Shown here: piece after piece, positions 1 through 12,963 of the stretch
How positions within the stretch are numbered: position 1 is the stretch's first letter
Layout of the letters: each line of letters opens with the position of its first letter
NCBI GenBank assembly: GCA_024704765.1
Contig: JAKMXF010000005.1
Span: 87,829 to 151,828 of the forward strand
Origin: Oopsacas minuta
Taxonomy: Eukaryota; Animalia; Porifera
Direction: 5' to 3'
DNA: 64,000 bases
Program-made: the position numbers and the translations under genes
Notes under the pieces: model-generated
Told to the model about the DNA's origin: nothing
The model's database searches: none
What the model saw: only the letters and a program-made list of their open reading frames with translations

Positions 1-327
1 ATCAAAATGGATTACAATGGTATGGGGAGTCTTGTGTATACTACAAATTAGCTATACTGATTTAACATTAACATTTAACATTATCGAGTTCACAGTCCAC
101 GAAAAAAGCCTATTGCTACCATTAGGGGGATAGTATAAGCAATTTCGATCTAGTCTCATGAAAATATCAATCTATAGTAAGCAAAAGTTGAAGAATGGAT
201 TAACTCTGTTAAAAGTTACTTAAAAAGTGGTTAGAACTAGTTTGGGTGTTTTGAGACTGTTCAATAGTGGGTTGGTACTATTCATAATTATTGACCCATC
301 ATTTTTGCAAAATTCAATTTGCCTGGT

Positions 328-900
328 TCTATACTATTAAAACGCAATTCATCTGTATGTATGTATGTATGTATGTATGTATGTATGTATGTATGTATGT
401 ATGTATGTATGTACATCTATATTATTAAATCTCAATGATTGTTTGTTTGTCCGTTGTCAAGGAATGGATTTATGATATACAGTTTTGAAATTTCCGCATA
501 ATTATGTACTTATTGTGTTTATCAAGGAAGTAAATAGAATTCAATAAACTTCACCAAATACATCGAACCTGTTGAATCCGATTTTCACACTTTTGGATTA
601 ATCATATGTAAATTTATTGTTGTTTTATTAATATAAAGTAAACATATTTCAAAATTGAGGTAGAATCATACTTTCAACGACTATCCTGGAGTAATTGAGT
701 ATGCTGAATCCGAATATGGCATAGTTTGTTTCTTAGTCCGTTGTTTGTATACATTTATTCTTGTTTTTAGGACTATAAAGTAAGCAAATCATTGAAGCAT
801 ATGATATCTTTTTAAAGAAGCTCAAAACGGCATAATGGATAATAGATTATACTTAATTATTGTCCTACAAATATTTAACTTATTTAGTAAAGGTACTGTT
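328..900 (+). mobile_element. Possible Helitron/Helentron-like non-autonomous 5' ends followed by a dispersed repeat
   Basis: TCTATACTATTAAAAC..(TGTA)n at 328 and A|TCTATATTATTAAATC..TTGTTTGTTTGTCC at 416 resemble 5' ends of non-autonomous rolling-circle elements. 500-800 is similar to 42650-42950. No convincing 3' end found. Confidence 0.35.
354..413. repeat. (TGTA)n microsatellite, ~15 copies
   Basis: Perfect TGTA tandem run read directly. Confidence 0.97.
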
Positions 901-1504
901 TCGCTTGAAAGTTTATTCATCACGTTAATTTTGTTTCAGATGACAGTAGAAATTGTATGTAGTAACCTAAGTTACTAAATAGATTCCAGCTAATTTTTCA
1001 TTTCTAGAATGAATACAAGTAGGCGTAATTAATTAATGCTTAATTTATTACTACATATGTAATACAATTATCAAACTTTTTATTATACGAATTTCTCTAT
1101 TGATATTTGGAATAGATATTTGAAAAAGATAATTAAAAAAGAACCAGGATTGCCCTGGTCATTATTCCAGCTATGCCTGAAGCTGAGCATAGGCGTTTAC
1201 TTCGTCAAAACGAATCTCAGGAAGAAAAATCAGAACGTCTCCGGAAACAAAGGGACCCGCAGTGGGCTATTATTGCGAATTTCTAGTATTAGGGTTTTAC
1301 GCGTTGAATTTTAGAGATAGGCTTATAAAATACATTATTACGTATAGTTAGTCGACTATTGCGGTTTTTTTGTTGATTTCAATTTTGTTGTATGACATCA
1401 GGTTTTCAATATATGACGTAATCATAATTACCATATATAGTAATATAGAAATCTAGATATACACTAAACTGAGTTGTTATTATAAGAAATAGAATATGAA
1501 TATA

Positions 1505-2871
1505 CCGGGTGTTTCAAAAAAAACAGGCTCCAAAATCATGGAGCTATATTTCAGACGATTCTATGTATTCAGATATACCATTGATAACTAGCATAAATAT
1601 ACTACTTTTTAACAATATAACTAAGGGAAAAGGTTGAAATTACTGAAATACCCAACTTATAGCATATGTTCTAGGTGACCGCCATTAACTTCCATGCATT
1701 TTCTTAGTCTTTTCACAAAATTCTTCATTACATCCATGCACACTGACTTTGGAATCTTTCCCATTTCATCCTTAATGGATATTTTTAGTTCTCTGATGCT
1801 CTGGGGTTTGTTAGCATATACTTTATCCTTCAAATAGCCCCAAAGATAGAAATCAGGGGGGCTCAGGTCCGGGCTATGAGCGACCCACTCAAAGGGGGTC
1901 AGTTGACTGATGATTCTGGTTCCAAAGTGGTTTTTAAGCCATTCCCTAGCAATTAATGAGGTATGGGCAGGGGCTCCATCCTGCTGGAACCATAATTTGG
2001 GTAGTAGAGAGGGGTAGAGTGATTCCACTTCTTTCCAGAACTCATTAAGCACCTTGATGTAGCGTTCCTTTGTCACAGTCACATTTCGACCATTTTCTTC
2101 GATGAAAATAGGTCCAATGATGCCTCTCGCCCCAATAGCAGCCCACATGGTGCATCTTTCGGAATGTAATGGCTTCTGAACTATCTCTGAAGGCTTCTGA
2201 GTACCCCAAAATACATTGTTCTTACTATTGACCCGCCCATCCAGCTCAAAATGAGCCTCATCCGAGGTGAAGAGAAGCCCAGGAATGAGTCACAACTTTC
2301 AACTTTGGCGACCAATTTCTCAGCCATAGCTACCCTCTTGACCTTATCTACATTTGATAGCTTCTGGCCAGTTTGTATTCTATAGGGGAAAAAGGACAAA
2401 TCTTGTTTCAAGACTCTCCAGAGGGTGGTAGGGGTGATACTAAGAGACTGGCTCCTCTTCCGGATTGACCTTTTTGGGCTGTTTCCAACTGCCTCCCTGA
2501 CATCATCAATAACCTCCGCAGTTCTCTTCCTAGGTCTCCCAGAATGAGTTAGACGCTTGGAATCCTTTGTATTTAGGTTTAGCACGGTCCCATAAGCCCT
2601 ACAATGGCTAACCCAGGATTGAATCACACTCTTACAGGGCGAGGAAGCTGCCTCAAACTTTGCATGAAATAACTCATTGACCGTCGTAAACGACCCATGT
2701 TTGAAGTAGAATTCGACACAGAATATGCGGTGTTCCAACTTCCAATTTGGCATGGATGTATTCACAGGAGTTGTTTCTGCCATATAGTGAAGAGAAAATA
2801 TTGCTATAATAGAATACCTGTACATAGAGAGAAAGAGATGTAACTGGGGCCTAATTTTTTGAAACACCCGG
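1505..2871 (-). mobile_element. Tc1/mariner element, DD41D (rosa/Visitor) type, full length
   Basis: TIR CCGGGTGTTTCAAAAAA at 1505 and its reverse complement ending at 2871; TA on both sides (1503-4, 2872-3). Confidence 0.93.
1657..2783 (-). pseudogene. DD41D transposase with one frameshift
   Basis: HTH N-terminus (ORF 2181..2867), then a frameshift near 2275 that restores TSDEAHF. QQDGAPAH...HSPDLSPPDF has 41 residues between the 2nd and 3rd Asp. Confidence 0.88.
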
Positions 2872-3175
2872 TATTATGGCTATGGTAACTGAAGAATAAC
2901 TAACATACGAATATCTTATTAATGAATTAATGTTAAATGCAAGAAGAATTCATCTATGGAATTTTGAAGGAGAGAATCTTCACTATCAATATTATTAGTA
3001 ACGTTTTCACTTGCCTGTTTTTTTACATAATTCTTTTGATGGCCTACTTGATCACAGGTGGAACAAATGATGATCTTTCGGTATAACTATAGAATCCGAC
3101 ACCCAAACTTTTTTAATGTAGTCAAAAATCGCTATATGCACCGTTGAAGAACTCGTTGTCAGAAGCTGATAGAGC

Positions 3176-6100
3176 TGTTGCGTAGGATTTTGACCCGCAA
3201 TATAACATCCTAATAGCATATCCATAGTGCGAGTCAAATCCTATGATGTAATATATGCGTAGGATTTTGACCCGCATCAAAATGTATTACACTAATTACA
3301 GCCGTAAGATTTTGACCCTCATATAATAAATTATTGTCGGAGGATTTTGACCCGCATATAATGTATTATTGTTGTAGGATTTTACCCTAAAGTAATTTTA
3401 CTTCTCTGTCATTTGACTTTTTCGATTTCCATACACTTTCATTACGTATTACCACTAAATATACATAATGTAGTTCAACTTTGGACTAGCCATACGTATA
3501 CGTAACTGAATAAACAAGCCAATTTACAGATGGATTCTAGAAAGTAGTGAATTTGTTTGATAACATGTAAACTATGTTCCAACTACGTATAACAAATTTA
3601 CAATATGTATAATTATCCAACATACCAAAAGTGTACAGTGTATATAAATATTTTACAATAATATTACTTGGACAGAAGGTGGTAGGTATTTGATAATTGT
3701 ATTTAATAACTCATAATAAATAATATAATTTAACATTTCAATCTATATATTGCAATATAATCTATCAAATAACAAAATTTTTACAAGCATTAGCATGATA
3801 ATGAATATTCGGAATATCTTAAGTACGAATTGTAGGCGATTTCATCTTTGCCCATTTCTCTATACTTCCTGACAAGCTTTAAGGAATATACCACTGAAAT
3901 TTGTTCATCTATTGGACAAGCGTAGACTATGCATTTGTTATGGGAGTCTTGGTATAACGTTGATTCACATATCGAGTTGAGGTGAAAACCGCGAGCCTCT
4001 GGCACGCTGCATACTTCCTGGAAAACACTAGATTTCTATAAACAAAACAAGTCAGCTGCAGTGGCCTCGTCCTTCCCCTTACAGCCACCCTCTAACGCTA
4101 AACGTTTAACGTTAACCTCACCTTGTTTATGTGTGCGGTGTAGGAGTGAGTTTGATGTGATGGCGCCAGATCACACCAAATTCAATTCTAAGCTGCAACA
4201 TAAACGAATATGTACAATAAATCGTAATTTAACAGACACACGAGGAGCTAACGGTTCCCGAATGATCACAAACAAGGAAACATTAAAAATATAAAATAGA
4301 TAAGAAACTCGTGTGTATCAGATTCCATGCTGTATTTCGCATTGGTGTAGACTCGTCAGTTGCGCTATCTTTCTCGCAATATACTTAGATGGTGGAGTGT
4401 GATATTCGCCACTGTGGATGTGCTGTTGCAGGTCGCGTTTCCATTGTTTGGGCTCACCATTATAGGGATTGCGTTGCCTGAATAACCTCGGGCAGAGGTC
4501 CCCACAAGGTTCGATGTACCTTGCCTTTGAGCGCTTTCGAATGATGGAAAAGAGTCGTGAATCGCTAAGAATTAGTCAGAAGAGTGCAAGAGGTAGAATA
4601 CAGTATTGAGTGATCCGATGAAAGTGTCACAGTCCCAAAGTTGGATAATTGGTTTTCTCATTCCGTCATATTTATAGAATTGCCCGTTTTGGTAAAGGAT
4701 TGAATAGAAGTGTCTATTACTCAATATGCTTAAGCCAGCAAGTTGGTAGTGAAGTGTCCGTTGGTTGTGACTGATGGTAAAGTGTTTGTCAATATCACTT
4801 GCAAAAATGTCTGGCAATTCGGGTAGATGTCCGATTTCAATTGTTAGCATGACAGGTATTGACTTGAATTGACCAGATATCCTCTCTAAGACAGCAGTAG
4901 TTGATCCACAAGACTTGCATTTAATAGGAACGAGACTTCGATTAACAGATGATTCCAGGTTTGTAATAACGCCTCCTATATTACTAATCATGGATTGTGT
5001 CTCAAGATACTGGTGCATTGGTGGCATTGGAAGATAGTGAAATATTTGTCGTTGCACAAATCTTCTGTTCGCAAATATTTGATGATGTTACCCTCTGATC
5101 TAAAGACATCGTAAGTCCGTATCAATCCTGAGGAATCATAAATAACTTCAAGCCCAATTTTAGTAGCAACATATTCTCGAAGTTTCTCAAGTTCACAATT
5201 AGCAGCCAATTCGAATATGTAGTGGAATTCAGCTTCAATATGTGTACTTCCGATTAACTTCAGTGAGTCTATGATGGTTGCTTTATTCGAACTAAGAATA
5301 GCCAATATATTGTCGATAGAACAGGTGTTAGATTGCACGATGTTGTTATACTCTCCTCCATTTAGGATATGTATAAGATCTGATGCATTTTGTATAGATT
5401 GTTCTGGTATTTCAATGATCTCATGAGCTTGCTCAGTTGGGAATATTAACTCAATTATTACTGGTAATAGAACAGCAATTGGATAGCCAAGATCTTTTCG
5501 TGTCTCTTCAAGTATTTCAGTAGGATAGGAGGAACGATATTCTGCGTACCAATTATCGGCTGATACAGCAAGTTTCTCCTTAATCTCAAAATCTTGTTCG
5601 TTGGGTGGATGGTAAGACTATAGTAAAATCAATGAAGTTAGAGATGCAGCTTTTGTAGCGAGTTTCTCATGTGGTTAGGTTAAGTATGTGTTATTGACAA
5701 GGGCTGATAGTATTCGAGGTTTCAATTGAAATAGCTCAGAGTCGATATTTTCATAGGTTGAGTGTTGTTGCGGTGTTTCAAATGTTTCTTCCATGGTATC
5801 CAGGTTCAATATATCATCCAAAGAATCTAAATACAAATAAATATGTGAAATGTAGGATTGCTATTACGTATTAATCGAATCAATACAGAACACAACTAGT
5901 CTATATGTACTTAATCATGGGCTGAGTCAATTAGTTATAGTTCAGTACAATATTGTCTCGCTAATATATTTACCGCTAGAAGGGAATTTGCAAGATCTTT
6001 TGGACTTCTTTGATTTGCCTGTCTTCGTTCGAACCTGCCGTTTTTCGTTCATGCGAGAATGATATTTTCTTGATAGATGGATAGGTAATTTTGTTGTTTT

Positions 6101-9075
6101 GCTATCTGGATCTTTGCGAGCAACTAGGTGGCTTGGTTTAACTTTCTCTATCGTATATGGCCCCAAATATTTCTTTGCATCTTTTGTTCCTGGGTGTCGC
6201 TTGGCTTTCTTTATATTATGCACAAGTACCTCATCTCCTTCCACAAATTCTGATCTAAAGTTTACACAATAATTATACAAAGAATTATAATGTGCCAATT
6301 ACGTACAGTTTGTAATGATGCTAATGATATAACTAAAAGTAAGTGTTTTGGAATTTAATAATTCATATAATTGAGGAAACAATAAATTAGTTCCGATTCA
6401 AGATTATTTCATATTTATCGGATTATAGAACAGTCAGTGAATTTAATTTAATTTTAGTAAGAGATGATATATGAAATTCCAACATGTTACATCACACAAG
6501 AATGTGTTTCGTTATTTCTTACCTGTTGTGTTTAACTTTGCTGTCATATGTTTTCTTTTGAACTTTCTGGCCGGCCTTGATGTTTTTAATAGCAGTCATC
6601 CTGTCGGCTTTACGTGTGGAAGAAAGATTTTCTATCCATTCGTTATCAATTATAGGAAAGTCAAATGGGCGTGGTTCGTTTGCATCCATTTGAATATTCT
6701 CATCTTCTGATACTTCTGCCTCTGAGATAACAACTTCGGTTAGTAATCCGGGGTTAGTTGGAGAAGTGATAAGATTGAGAAGGTTAGATGAATCAAAGTC
6801 TCTCCCAAACATGAGATAAAAGGGTGTGTAGCTTGTAGAGATTTTGGTTTGAGTATTTGCTGCCAGTACTGCTGTCTGTAATTTCTCTGTCCATTTAGTG
6901 TCCCCATCAGATTACATCTTGTTGATTTTTCTATTTGTAAAAGTGTTAAATTAATTCAAAGCTATCTAATTATAAACGACGTATATTAAACGTATGTAAG
7001 GCTTTGAATAGATATATATATATATATTTATACTTAGCATCATTACTCACGTTTTCAATATTCTGTTGTGTGACTCAACAAGTCAGTTACTTTGTGGGTG
7101 GTATGCTGTGGTTCTTCTGGTGTTGACATTTATCTTTTTGTGAAATTCTTGAAATTCCTATTTTGAAAGTAACTAAGAGAACGATAACAATCTACTAAGC
7201 GCATGTATTTAGTCTTGTACAACAATAGTTAGAAAGATAAAACGATTAATCTGGTAAATTTTCCATCCGAAGGTAGTAGGCATTAATTCGGAAATTCTTA
7301 TTTATTAGTATTTAACATAAATTAAAATCCAATTTTCCACACGGTTCTTAAATATAGCCATCAGGGTGCACAATTTCCTACCAGGGTATATATTGAAGCA
7401 ATGCGCTGACAATTGACAATGCAACATGTTACGTACGTATATCCAATATAGTAAGTTGTTTTGTGTATCGGGAATAATTTACTTGGTGTATTTACAATTA
7501 CTAATCTTGAGTATGTAAAAATATGAGTTACCTTGCTTGAGAATTCTGTTCCCTGATCATGTTGGAGGATGTTAGGTACACCGAACGAGAGATAAATTTC
7601 CTGTAAACAATCTAATATTTCTTTAGAAGTTTTAGTCTTGAGTGGTCGGGCAATTATAAATTTACTCAGGTAGCACACGATGACAAGAATGTGCTGAAAT
7701 CCAAGTACAGTGCGGGACATATTGCATATGAGATCAATTCCACAATGACACCATGGTTCTTCAGGAGGAATAGGTTGAAGCCTCGTTGTGGCTGAGGAGG
7801 TAGAGCAGCAGAGGTTTGACAGTCATGGCAAGTTCGGATCTAGGACGGGAAATGATTTAATTGTCAGTTTGTAGTCCAGTCTAATGTTTGCTACATTCCA
7901 GATGTCCCGCTAAATTAGCATTCTGTCCCGCTTTTTCTTCACTCAGGTTGGGAAATATGTTTATGTGAAATACTCCCACTACCTATCCCAATTACTAACT
8001 ACCACAAGGGTCATTAGTTGTTAGATACATGGTTGGTTGGTTGTACCGCACAAATAGATTTCCATATGATAAAATTGTATACCGGTATACTAAATATCAT
8101 CAGATCGCACAATATTAATTTTACAATAGTACAAATAAAGCTGTATACAGTAGAATAATTACAAGGTGAATAACCTCAAACTATAAAATACATGCTGTCC
8201 TCAGACTTACCAACCCCTTTCGCAAGTATCCCTGGATTTTCAGAATTTGTAATCCTGGGATCCCTGGAGGGTTGATAAGTCTGTGTTCTCAGCCACATTT
8301 TCTTGGAAAATCATGTATGAAAGAAATACGTAATTTAGTAACTCACATAATATCCAACATCATTGTCTATACCATTCCAATCATATTTGTTTCCGATTCC
8401 ATCAATGGTAGTATTGATTCCAGGATGAGTGACATTGTGATAGAATCCGATAATTTTGTTAATTTCTGAGACTAGTGGAATCTCCAAATATTTCACCCAG
8501 CCATTTTCTTTCTGAAAATCTACAAGAAATTGTTTCAGTTAAACTCAGAGGTTGTAGGTAGCATTGAGGGGCAGAGGAGCCCCCTAGCGTTTTCGCCCTT
8601 CTCATCTCCCTGTGGTACGCAAATTTAATGAGGCAACTACATATCTGCCTCCTCGCAGATATGTAATTACCTCAAGATTTCTAATTATGTCCCGGAAATA
8701 AGTATAAATCAAAAATATCATTCAGGATTATACCTTCATTAGCTTATTCTCTTGAAAGTAAATCCCCTTGCACTTTCTGAGAAACTCTTCTTGCTGTAGC
8801 GATCACTCTTGATTTCCGGTGGGATAATATTCGTCTGGAGTTATCCACGAATTGCTTCATACTTTGTCGCATCCATAATGAAAAATGTCAAAAGTAAATA
8901 TAAGTGTTGATGTTGAAATCTAGAAACAAAGTAAGATGTTAGTATGTGCATTTAGGAAGTCCCACATGTATAAATACGAATAGTATGTGACTAGGGGATG
9001 AAATGTCGATATTACTTGATTTGCAATTGCTACTTGCGCGTCAAAATCCTTCGCAGGTCAAAATCCTACGCAACA
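3176..9075 (-). mobile_element. Ginger DNA transposon, copy A (complete, 5.9 kb)
   Basis: TGTTGCGTAGGATTTTGACC...GGTCAAAATCCTACGCAACA termini; 4-bp TSD GAGC (3172-3175, 9076-9079); subterminal GTAGGATTTTGACCCGCA repeats; intron-containing Gypsy-type integrase; no RT, gag or LTR. Confidence 0.9.
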
Positions 9076-9573
9076 GAGCTTTCGAACTCAAAAATCGGAT
9101 GGAAACTGACGAAGTTACGAAAATCTCCCAAATAAACCAAATCCTATGGAGAAAATTGTATTAGGCACTATCTGAAATAATGCTGATGAATTCTATACAA
9201 ACTACCATAGGAATGCACATATAATCAATCTTGCGGTTATCAACGCTTGCGTCAGTTGATTGATTCTTTTATGAATTTATTAGTTTGCGTAATTTGTATT
9301 TATTACTATTAAGAACAGTCAATTTAAACCTGGTGTGACCTGGTTCCCAAACAGGTGAAAACCTGTCCACACCGTATATCGCGAAAACTATAATTCGCAT
9401 CGCTTAGCTTTAAAAAGGAAAACGGTAGGTCTTGGCCTCATCTAGCCAAAAAATACCACTTGGATCACATCCAGCTATCCCAACAATAGGTGTTATGCAC
9501 TATTAATGTTGCCAAATAATCATCAAGTACATTTCAAAGATATCTTAACTAGGATTCATTTGTTGCTTAGAAA
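3687..9573 (+). repeat. Left arm of giant inverted repeat (5887 bp)
   Basis: Every ORF recurs on the opposite strand with coordinate sum 21840. Identity breaks at 9574/12266 (inner) and 3686/18154 (outer). Confidence 0.95.
4572..8876 (-). pseudogene. Ginger transposase (H2C2-rve-GPY) with USP-like domain, 7 exons, left copy
   Basis: Mirror image of 12964-17268 (x maps to 21840-x); the ORF track gives identical peptides. Confidence 0.85.
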
Positions 9574-10388
9574 TAGTCCAAATTTATATATTTAACCCAA
9601 GTAGAACTGGCTCCCTTGCTTGTCATTTTATCGCACTGGCTTCAAAAACTCTAGAAGTAACAAAAGGAGTCATGCCACAACCTTCATAATTAATACGTTT
9701 ATTCACCCATTTTCTAGCTGCAAATGACCGGATCCAACTTAGTATTCATGTTGTTATCCAGGTGCAAACGCGTTTGATGTTTTAGGGACCTTTGAGTCTA
9801 TACGCTAGCGATATAGGAACGGGGTTAGATAGTGTCACGGTTGCTCCTGAGTCTGGGCTTATGTTAAAAGCACAAGTTGAATTGTTGCAGTGGGACTTTT
9901 TATGTATTATTGTTTCGGTCCGTTTGCATGTAAACTGTCTGCAAATAGTAATCTCTTCGTTGAACTAGTTCTTCAGCTCGTTTGTGTAAAAATTATTTGT
10001 AAATATGTATGATCTGAACTACTTCCTGCGCTTACACAGGGATCACGACATCAATACGACAGGAATAGAAACAACCCGGCAATAGCTGTTATTTTCCAAC
10101 GGAAGTTGCAATTGTTACTGTTCACAGCTAATAATAGTATGTCGTTCACAATTAACAACAAGTATTCTGTTAACAACACTACATAACTTCTAATGTCAGC
10201 CGGGGTGAGTATTTATTTCAAGCCACCCTATGCCCTAGGGGCAGTTATTCGAGGCAATATGGGCGCATTTTACTAGTTTCAATGTCCTTTAGAATAGCTT
10301 ATGTTAACATTTAGCAAGTATGTGATGTAAGAGTGTACAATGTAACTATTCTTAACAAAGTAATTCTGCATATATACTAACAACTAAA

Positions 10389-11317
10389 TTACACAACAAG
10401 ATATAATTCTCTAATGCACTTGACGATGCTGTTTAGGATGTTTCCTTTATTCTTTCTTCTCCAACAAGACTTGATAAGGTGGGATTCTAGCAATTCAGGA
10501 TTTGTTGTTTGGCCTCTTCTTTGGCTTTTCTTGACTACACCCCCCAAGCGTTTTCTATCCCTTGTGTATGGGTACCGTCAATTGGATCCACAAAATTCTC
10601 AGAATGGTTCACAGTGTGATGATCGCAGCCTGCAGCTGGGACAACATTATAAGCAGCCCATTCGTCTGAATGGATGGTAGTTCCAGGTAATACATATCGC
10701 TGAATGATGAGAAGTAGAGTTGCAGCTGAGCGATCGGGAACTGGAATCATCAGTACGTTATCAGTACCTTGCTCATATATACCGAAAACCCATTGACCAG
10801 TGGGTAATCTACCATGGTTATATTTTCGTCTCCCAAATTTCGATTCATCAATCTCCACCACTGTACCGGGCCCGCCTATTGGCTCCTGATTTATTATTAG
10901 ATCCTCAATGCAAACATCTCTCATAAAATTCTTCCAGTCCACAACAGTATTCGGAGACCATTGCAATTGTTTCTCAAGAAATGCGTGTGACTGTATATCT
11001 TCACTCCCAAAATACAAGAACTGCATTAGTGAGGGAAGAGATAGGTTTGCACCCTTGAGGAAAGACTCATAACAAAGTGAACAGGTTGTCTTACACGCTC
11101 TACATCTCCATTTCTTATTGTTCTTAGAATCGGTAAATGTACCTACATACATTATTGAGCCGCATCTGTACTGGACTCCTCGTGGTAACAAGCCATAATG
11201 CTTAAGCCAATCTATAGTATTTTTCAGGGAAGAAGACAACTGAAAGAGATCAGACAGTAAAAAGCTTGCTGAAATGTCAGGAATAATCAAGGGTTCGAGT
11301 AATATTGTGTGGTGCAT
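10389..11317 (-). pseudogene. Merlin/ISXO2-like DDE transposase with a +1 frameshift near the C-terminus
   Basis: VVEIDESKFG, GQWVFG, TIHSDEWAAY, HTVNHSENFVDP, HTQGIENAW. An extra G in a G-run at ~10541 shifts the frame; the other frame continues VKKSQRR..SHL..CWRR to TAA at 10389. Confidence 0.9.
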
Positions 11318-12963
11318 TGTGGTTTGAATGATAGTAGTATATTACCAAATAATGTACGAAAGGTCTTTATATACTAACATACATTACAACCCATTCACAT
11401 TTTTGGAATGCTTTTTACTTAAGCGACACAATTAAAGCTTAGATTGTGTGGTTGTTTATGGTCAACATTTTATTGCACAGTGTAACTTGAGTATAATTTG
11501 TTCAAAGGAATGTAGATTTTCATTAGTGATAGAAAATCATAGTGGTATCAAGTTACTATCAACGATTAACTATACGACGAGTAATACGTATATTCAATTC
11601 ATATACTATGATCATTGAGTTGTTGGGAAATTCAGTCAAATCATACACAAGTATAATATAACCTAAAGTCCACCATACACGATGCAATTTTGTCGCATAA
11701 AACAGTTGCAATCAATCAAGTTGCATCGTGTATTGTGGACTTAACAATGCACGTATTTCCTATGGATATTCCTTTAGCCAATCTGAATAATATATTGGGA
11801 ATCAGTGCTGGAACCCAATTTGCACAAACTACATTATAACCACACTGACTTTAGCAAAGAATGTGTAAATTATGAGCAAAATATGTTAACTTGGAACCTG
11901 GGCGAGGGATGGCGCTGGCAAAAAAGGGCATAGATCCATAAATTATGGGACGAATTGTAAAATCTTGTGATTTAGTACGAAAATGATGGCAAAATCCGTA
12001 CATCTTCGCAAATTATTCAAAAGTGGGGGACACTTCCTCCTCCGTCCACCCGAGAATTACTCCCATGGTAGCATATTACGCCACTTTGTATCCGGAAACT
12101 TACAGTATAGCTGTATTGGGGACTGTGAGGCTAGTAACAAACCTCTAGAATCATTAAGTAAAGAAGCCGCATGTACAGATATACTAAACAACTAATATGT
12201 AACATCAACAGAGTAAATTTAGCGATACTGAAATGTCTTTATCATTCATCTTAGTTCAAGATGTGTTTTCTAAGCAACAAATGAATCCTAGTTAAGATAT
12301 CTTTGAAATGTACTTGATGATTATTTGGCAACATTAATAGTGCATAACACCTATTGTTGGGATAGCTGGATGTGATCCAAGTGGTATTTTTTGGCTAGAT
12401 GAGGCCAAGACCTACCGTTTTCCTTTTTAAAGCTAAGCGATGCGAATTATAGTTTTCGCGATATACGGTGTGGACAGGTTTTCACCTGTTTGGGAACCAG
12501 GTCACACCAGGTTTAAATTGACTGTTCTTAATAGTAATAAATACAAATTACGCAAACTAATAAATTCATAAAAGAATCAATCAACTGACGCAAGCGTTGA
12601 TAACCGCAAGATTGATTATATGTGCATTCCTATGGTAGTTTGTATAGAATTCATCAGCATTATTTCAGATAGTGCCTAATACAATTTTCTCCATAGGATT
12701 TGGTTTATTTGGGAGATTTTCGTAACTTCGTCAGTTTCCATCCGATTTTTGAGTTCGAAAGCTCTGTTGCGTAGGATTTTGACCTGCGAAGGATTTTGAC
12801 GCGCAAGTAGCAATTGCAAATCAAGTAATATCGACATTTCATCCCCTAGTCACATACTATTCGTATTTATACATGTGGGACTTCCTAAATGCACATACTA
12901 ACATCTTACTTTGTTTCTAGATTTCAACATCAACACTTATATTTACTTTTGACATTTTTCATT

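Larger units (their letters stand above)
3080..12764 (-). mobile_element. Merlin (ISXO2/IS1595-like) element A with long TIRs, interrupted by a Ginger; right terminus missing
   Basis: GGTATAACTA at 3080 resembles GGTACAATTA of Merlin B (53535). With the Ginger removed, AAAATCGGATGGAAACTGAC lies ~108 bp from the end, as in Merlin B. Inner TIR parts are 9076-9573 and 12267-12764; a Merlin transposase lies between them. Confidence 0.65.

Noticed and set aside
1165-1290. STPR-like peptide (NESQEEKSERLRKQR) suggesting a Helitron Rep N-terminus
   Set aside because: Single short motif with no Rep or helicase sequence nearby.
10389-11317. Bacterial IS1595/ISXO2 contamination or recent horizontal transfer
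   Set aside because: Eukaryotic Merlin transposases share these motifs and the context is fully eukaryotic.
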